Source: Camelus ferus
Lineage: Eukaryota
Assembly: GCF_009834535.1 (NCBI RefSeq)
Contig: NC_045696.1
Span: 32,986,001-33,050,000, forward strand
Reading direction: 5' to 3'
Length of the DNA stretch: 64,000 nucleotides
Part shown: positions 53,905 to 64,000 of the stretch, piece after piece
Layout: every line of letters starts with the position of its first letter
Position numbering within the stretch: the stretch's first letter is position 1
Notes under the pieces: model-generated
Told to the model about the DNA's origin: nothing
Seen by the model: only the letters and a program-made list of their open reading frames with translations
Databases searched by the model: none
Program-made: the position numbers and the translations under genes

Positions 53905-54130
53905 AGTGTGAGTCCTGCAACTTTATTCTTTTTAAAGATTGTTTTGGGTATTCAGGTTTTCTTGCAATTCATATGATTTTTAGGATCATTGTGTTAATTT
54001 ATGCAAAAAGGGGAATTAGGATTTTGCAAGGGAGTGCATTGAATCTGTAGATCAGATTTGGGGTGTTTTGCTCTTTCAATCATATTTAACCTTCTCATCC
54101 ATAAACAGCAGCTATCTTGCCTTTTTTTTA
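53905..54130 (-). mobile_element. L1 ORF2 fragment
   Basis: tcctgcaactttattctttttaaagattgttttgggtatt...gcattgaatctgtagatca. Confidence 0.75.
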
Positions 54131-55489
54131 AAACAATGCTTTAAAAGATTTATTTTCTTTCTAAATGTTTGTATAGGAAAGGGTAACATTTATTTTCACT
54201 TACAACAAGTTTCTGTTCCTACAATAGCAGAGTTTGTAAAAAAGATCAACCTAGCAACAAATCTTTTCTTTTCCCCTTGTAAGACAAGGCATGTGCCCAG
54301 TGAAATGAAAATGAAACTGTGGCAAAAAAGTGACTTTCACTTTAAGGATTCACTTTATTACCAGAAAACTCAGGGATCTGAGGCATGGGACTTGAGGGCC
54401 CTAACACCTTCTAGTGTTATCCGAGGGGCACAAGGACCAGATCACCTAGTTGGGTCCTTCTCTTCCTTCCCATGAACCAAGCAGTCCAGGAGACAGTGAA
54501 GACATTGACATTTCTGGGCACTGAGCATGACCTTCTTCCCTTCAAACAGGAGTTTTCTCTGGAAGTATTCTGTGCTTAAATGAGAAAAATAGTAACACCT
54601 CATGTTTTATTATAGTTTTGTAGCTTTCCAAGCATTTTCACATGATGGATCACAGACTTGGGGGTTTCACAGACTAGTACAATTTTAAAAAGAAGAAAAT
54701 ATTATCACCAGTGTATCCAGCTTTGTATTTTGTCAAATAAAGATATCTGAGAGAGAAAATGTTATTGTATACCATCACCACCACACATGAAAAGACATGA
54801 TCATAGAAAAAGAGCAAGGAGGTAATTTTTTGTAAAAAAAAAGTCCTTTAGCCTAAAATTGACTTTTTGAAAAATTCACTATACTATCCTAAATTTGCTC
54901 ATTTTTCTGCAAGGTTCTAAAAACTTCATCAAAGACTTTTACAACCAGCCTCTGTAGGAGGCAACACAGAAATTACTGTCCTCTTACCTGCCAAGAAATG
55001 TGCAGTAAGAGTGTGAGGTAGTAGCAAGCTCTGGTGGTGCTGCCACCGATGGACCACAAACCACATTTGAGCATCAAGACCTAGACCCTGGATGGAGTCC
55101 TGTTTTAACTATTTACCAGCTAGGAAGGCTTGGGAAACTTTATCTGAAAGCCCTAGAAAAGAGATTGCAATTCTCTTGCCCTGAAGGCCTAAAGTTTTAG
55201 TGTAGGGTCCAGGGGTAGGTGAGGTTTAGTTGCCTTTTCTTGACTCCCCTGCAGATTAGAGTGATCTCCCCAAGGCCAGGCCATGCTTTGTCTTTCCTGC
55301 ATTTCCCAGATTATAGCCAGGGGCTCTATTTGCTTAGTCAGCAGAATTCCGTTTGTGGTTATCATTTCCCGCATGGCTTTGTAGCCCTCAGAGAAACATT
55401 TAAAATGTGATTAGATACTGCTCTTCAGACTGGCCTGGTTAGAAAACCTATGAATTCTCCCTAGTATCTTTTAATAAATGGCTTTTCTT

Positions 55490-58400
55490 GATTCATACTA
55501 TTAGTTTCAGATGTACAACATATTGATTCAATATTTTTATAGATTATGCACTTAAAATTATTACCAAAAATACCTATATTTCCTTTGCTATGCAATATAT
55601 CCTTGTTGCTTATTTACTTAATGCATAGTAGTTAGTATCTCTTAATCCCGTTCCCCTATCATGCCCCTCCCCCTTTCCTTTCCCCACTAGTAAGTGTGCT
55701 CTCTGTATCTGTTTCTGTCTTTAAATATATATTTATGTTTTATTTTAGATTCTACATGTAAATGGTAACATAAAGTATTTGTCTTTGTATGACTTATTTT
55801 AATACAGATAATACTATCTAGGTCCACTACATTGTTGCATGTGACATATTCTTTTTTATGGCTGAATAATAGTTCACTGTATGTACATACTATATCTTCT
55901 TTATCCATTCATTTGTTAATGAGCACTTGGGTTGCTTTCATATCTTGACTGTTCTAAATAATGCTGCTATGAATATTGGAATGCATGTATCTTTCTGAAT
56001 TAGTGTTTTTGTTTTCTTCAGATACATATGCAGTAATGGAATTGCTGGATCATATGATAATATGGTAGTTCTATTTTTCAGTTTTTTGATGAAATGTTTT
56101 CCATAGTGGCAGTACCAGTTTACAATCCCACTAACACTGTACTGAGGTTTCCTTTTTTCCCTGTTTTATTTGTCAACTTTTTGATGGTAGCCATTTTGAC
56201 AAGTATGAGGTGATATCTCATTGTAGTTTTGATTTGCATTTCTCTGATGATTAATGATAGCATTTTTTTCATGTGACTATTGGCCATCTGTATATCTTCT
56301 CTGGAAAGACGTCTAGTCATGTCCTCTGCACATTTTTTAATCAGATTTTTTAATATTGATTTGTATGAGCTGTTTATATATTTTGGATATTAACCCCCTT
56401 ATCAGTCATATAATTTGCAAATATTTTCCCCCATTAAGTAGGTTGTCTTTTCATTTTGTCAGTGGTTTCCTTTGCTGTGCAAAAGCTTTTAAATTTAATT
56501 AGGTCCCATGTGTTTGTTTGTGCTTTTATTTCTTTTGCCTTAGGAGGCTGATCCAAGAAAATATTGCTGTGATTTATGTCAAAGAATGTTCTGCCTTTGT
56601 TTTTTTCTAGGAGTTTTATGGTTTCAGTTCTTACATTTAGATCTTCAATTCATTTTGGATTAAATCTCTTCAGTCTCTTATTTTATTTATTTTGGATTCT
56701 TTCTCTTTTCCTCTTGATGAACCTGGCTAAAGGTTTATCAGTTTGATTTATCTTTTCAGAAAATGAGCTCTTGGTTTCATTGATCTTTTCTCTTTTTTTT
56801 GGTGTTTGTTTAATTCCTTTCTGATCTTCATTATTCCCTTCTGTTGCCTTTGGGCTTTGTTTATTATTCTTTTCCTAATTCCTTTTAATGGAAGGTTAGG
56901 TTATTTATTTGAGATTTTTCTTTATTTCTGGAGGTAGGCCTGTTTTGCTATAAACTTCCCTTTTAGAACTGCATTTGCTGCCTCCCATAGATTTTAGAGA
57001 ACTGTTTCCATTTTCATTGTCTTGAGGCATTTCCTGATTTCGTCTTTGATTTCTTTATTGTCCAATTGATTTTTTTAGTAGCATGTTATTTAGTCTCCTT
57101 GTGTTTTTTGAGTTTTTCTTATCTTCTTCCTGTAGTGGATTTGTAGTTTCATAGTGTTGTGGCTGGAAAAAAGTTTGATATGCTTTGTGTTATGTTAAAC
57201 TTAAGGCTTGTGGTCTCGCAAGTGATCTATCCTGGAGAATATTCCATGATCACTTGAAAAGAATATGCATTCTGCTGTGTTTGGATGGAATGTCCTATAG
57301 ATAACTACTAAATCCAACTAGTCTTTTTTGTCAAATAGGACCTAATGATCACTGTTTCCTTATTGATTTTTTTTTTTTGTCTGGATGATCTGTCCATTGA
57401 TGTAAGTGGGGTGTTAAAGTCCCTATGATTGTTGTATTATTATAGATTTCTCAAATTTATATCTGTTAAAATTTGCTTTCTGTATTTCAGTGCTCCTGCA
57501 TTGGGTGCATATATGTTAATGAGTGTAATATCCTATCCTTGTATTGATCCAGTTTATAATTGTACAATACCCTTCTTTTAATTTTGTTACTAACTTTATT
57601 TTAAACTCTGTTTTGTCTGATACGGGTATTGCCACCCCCACTCTCTTGTTCTTTCATGAAATATCTTTTTCTATCCCCTCACCCATTCTGTGTGTGCTTT
57701 AGCTCTGAGGTGAGCCTCTAATAGGCAAGATATTAATGGGTTTTATTTTTTTTTATCCAATCAGCCACCCTGTGTCTCTTGACATTTAAAATGATTTTTG
57801 ATAGATATGCTCTTTGCTGTTTTGTTACTTATTTTCTGGTTGTCTTTGTATTTCTTCTCTTTTCTTTTATTTCTTTTAGGTTTTTTTTTTGTTTGTTTGT
57901 TTGTTTTTTGTTTTTTTACCTTGTGGTTTGATTTGATTATTTTTCTTTAGTGGTATGCTTCTGTTCTTCTCTCTCTTGTTTTTGTGGATCTGTTTTAGGT
58001 TTTCCATTTGTGGTAACCATGAGGTTCATATTTGCTGACCTATAACTGTGTCTCCTTGTATTAAATAAGTAGTCCTTTAAGTTCAAACACACTAAAAGAT
58101 CTACATTTTTTTTTTACTCTCCTCCTGTCACTGTGTTTTTGATGCCACATTTTATATCTTCATGTTTATCCCTTTACTGGTTATTGTAGTTATAATTTAT
58201 TTTATAATTTTTTGTCTTTTAATATTTATATTAGCTTATTTAAGTGGTTGATCCTCAAACTTTACTGTATATTTGCCTTCACTAGTGAGATTTTCCCTTT
58301 CTTAGAGATACTTGTTACAACCTTTTCTTTTCTTCTTAGAGAAGACCCTTTAACATTTCTTTCATGGTAAGTTTAGTATTGATGAACTATTTTAGTTTTT

Positions 58401-58696
58401 GCTTGTCTAAGATGTTCCTTATCTCTCCTTCAATTCTAAATGATAATATTGCCTGGCAGAGTAGCTAAGGTTGCAGGTTTTTCCCTTTCAGCCTTTTGAA
58501 TATATCATGCTGCTCCTTTCTGGCCTGAAGAGGGAAGTACAGAGGGTCTCAAACAAGATGAACCCAAACAGACCTACATCATGACATATAATTAAAATGA
58601 AAAATGTAAAGATAAGGAGAAAATTCTAAAGACAGCATGGAAAAAAAAAGAGGCATAAATGAGGGAGCCCTCATAAGACTATCAGTTGATTTTTCT
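55490..58696 (-). mobile_element. L1 with large internal deletion and inverted 5' (ORF1) segment
   Basis: Antisense 3'UTR and ORF2 C-terminus (ORF 56120-56320: [28 protein letters not shown]); jump to ORF2 N-terminus near 56660; antisense ORF1 to 58527; sense ORF1 piece 58528-58696. Confidence 0.85.
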
Positions 58697-58699
58697 ATC

Positions 58700-59927
58700 T
58701 TACATTTATTGAGGTCATCTTTTTTATTTTTTCCCAATGATTTTCTTTTTTATTTTTCAGTGTATAAGTTTTCACTTCTTTTGTTAATTTGCTCCTAAAT
58801 ATTTACATATTTTTTGGCAATCCTATTGCAAAATAAATTTGTCTTTAAATTTTATTTGGATTTTTCATTGGCAATATATAAAAATACAAATCATCTTTGT
58901 ACATTGATCTTTAACCCTGAAACTTTGTTGAACTTTCTTAGTTCTAATTTTTTTTTTTTTTGATTACTGGGATTTCTCTCTTCAAGGTTATATCACCTGT
59001 GAATAGAGATAATTTTGCATTTTGCATCTTTCTTTCCAATCTGAAACTTTTATTTATTTTTCTTACTTAATTGCTTGGGCAAAATTTTTCAGTACAGTGT
59101 TCATACAAGTGATGGGTATCTTTGTTGTTGCTTAAGGGGAAAATATTCAGTCTTTCACTATTAACTATGATCAGATTTGTGGGTTTTCATCGATGCCCTT
59201 TATCAGAGTGAGAAATAGTTTGTTGAATGTTTTTACCAGGAAAGGGTATTGGATTTTGCTAAATGTTCTTTCTGTGTTTGTTTAGATGATCATGAGGGTT
59301 TTTTCACTTATTCTATTATAGTGTATGTACCACAATTATTAATTTTCATATTTTGAACAAAACTTGTGTTCTTGGGATAAATCCTGTTTGATTGTGATGT
59401 ATTACTCTTTTAAAGTGCTGCTGGATTTGGTTTGCCAGCATTTTTTTTTTTTTTTTGAGAATTTTTTTGGGTCTAGTCCATAAGGGATACTGATTTTTAT
59501 GTTTTCCCCCCTCCCTTGGGATTTTATTTTGTTTTGTTTTTTTGTATCAAAGAACTACTTGCCTCATGGGATAAATTGAGAGATATTCCCTTCTCTTCTG
59601 TTTTTTAAAGGCTTGTGAAGGATTTTTGTTAACTCTTCTGTGAACATTTGGTAGAATTCATCAGTGAAGTCATGTGGTTTGAACTTTTCTTTGTAGGAAG
59701 TTTGTTTAAATATTAATTCAACTACTTTAGTTATCGTAAGTCCACTTAGATGTTCTGTTTCTTCTTGGGTCAGTGTCAGTATTTATGTCTTCAGAAATTT
59801 GTTTATGTCATCTAGTTCCTAATTTGTTGCTATATAATTTATAGTATTTTCCCCCTTATCATCCTTTTTTATTTCTGCAAGAGTAGTAATTGTGTCCCTT
59901 CTTTCATTTTTGTTTTAAAGATGTGAT

Positions 59928-59961
<34 letters not shown>

Positions 59962-60118
59962 GTCAGTATAGATAAAGGCATGCCAATTTTGTTGTTCTTT
60001 TCAAAGAACCAGCTTTTGGTTTCATTCATTTTCTTTATTGTTTTCCTCTTCTTTATTTTATTTTTCCCACTCTGGTTTTTATAATTATCTTTCTTCTGCT
60101 TGATTTAGGTTTTTTTCC
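58700..60118 (-). mobile_element. Older L1 ORF2 fragment (resumes at about 63459)
   Basis: Antisense ORF2 RT-region motifs (gggaaaatattcagtctttcacta, atgccctttatca, ggtagaattcatcagtgaag, tcaaagaaccagcttttggtttcatt). Confidence 0.8.
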
Positions 60119-60128
60119 TAGATTATTA

Positions 60129-63448
<3,320 letters not shown>

Positions 63449-63458
63449 TAGATTCTTA

Positions 63459-64000
63459 GGATGGAAGGTTAGGCTATTAATTTGAAATTACTTTCATTTT
63501 TAATATAAGTATTTAACAGATATCAACTTCCCTCTAAGCACTGCTTTAGCTGCATTCACTATGTTTTGGGATGTTTTGTTTTCATTTCACTCATCCCAAT
63601 GTATTTTTAAAATTTATCTTTTTTTTTTCCTTTTCTAAAATTGAGTTGTTTAATTTATATGCATTTATGAGTTTCGCAAATTTTCTTCTGCATTGGTTTT
63701 AATTGTACTCCACTTGGCCAGAGAAAGTATATTTTGTATACTTTAAATCTTTTTGAATGTATTTAAACCTGTTTTATGGTATAGCAAATGGTATATATTA
63801 GAGAATGTTCCACGTGCACTTGAGAAGAATGTGTCACCTGCTATTGTTGGATAGAATGATTTATAGCTATCTGTTAAGTCTACTTGGTTTATAGTGTTAC
63901 TTAAGTCTTCTATTTTCTTCTTAATCTTCTCTCTTGTTCCATGCATTACTGAAAATTGGATATTAAATTCTCTAACTATTATTATTGAATTGTCTATTTC
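63459..64000 (-). mobile_element. L1 ORF2 endonuclease-region fragment
   Basis: ORF 63743-63946 (DLSNTINQVDLTDSYKSFYP..TFFSSARGTFSNIYHLLYHKTGLNTFKKI) is L1 EN-like. Confidence 0.88.

Overview
AT-rich mammalian genomic DNA, very probably camelid, since it carries two tRNA-derived vic-1-type SINEs. The only functional gene I can support is the 3' end of CADM2 on the + strand: about 23 kb of intron, the transmembrane exon (23008-23133), the last coding exon (23933-24051, ending ...EEKKEYFI*) and a 3'UTR of about 6.8 kb. Downstream DNA is repeat-rich intergenic sequence (L1, L2, MIR, MaLR/ERVL LTRs, hAT DNA transposons). It also holds an orphan CpG-rich, promoter-like patch (about 37.2 kb), a full-length disabled CLDN6 processed pseudogene (52.2-53.6 kb, minus) and an FSTL4 retrocopy (61.5-62.5 kb, minus). 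The FSTL4 copy leaves the canonical FSTL4 sequence after codon 42 and ends in a different polyadenylated tail, which looks like a fossil of an alternative short isoform. Other oddities are an L1-mobilised LTR-like 3' end with a poly(A) signal inside the CADM2 intron, two L1 insertions with 5' inversions and a three-level nested insertion. I see no evidence of a novel multi-gene system. Repeat subfamily names and parent-gene comparisons come from recalled consensus sequences, not searches, and boundaries of old repeats are approximate.
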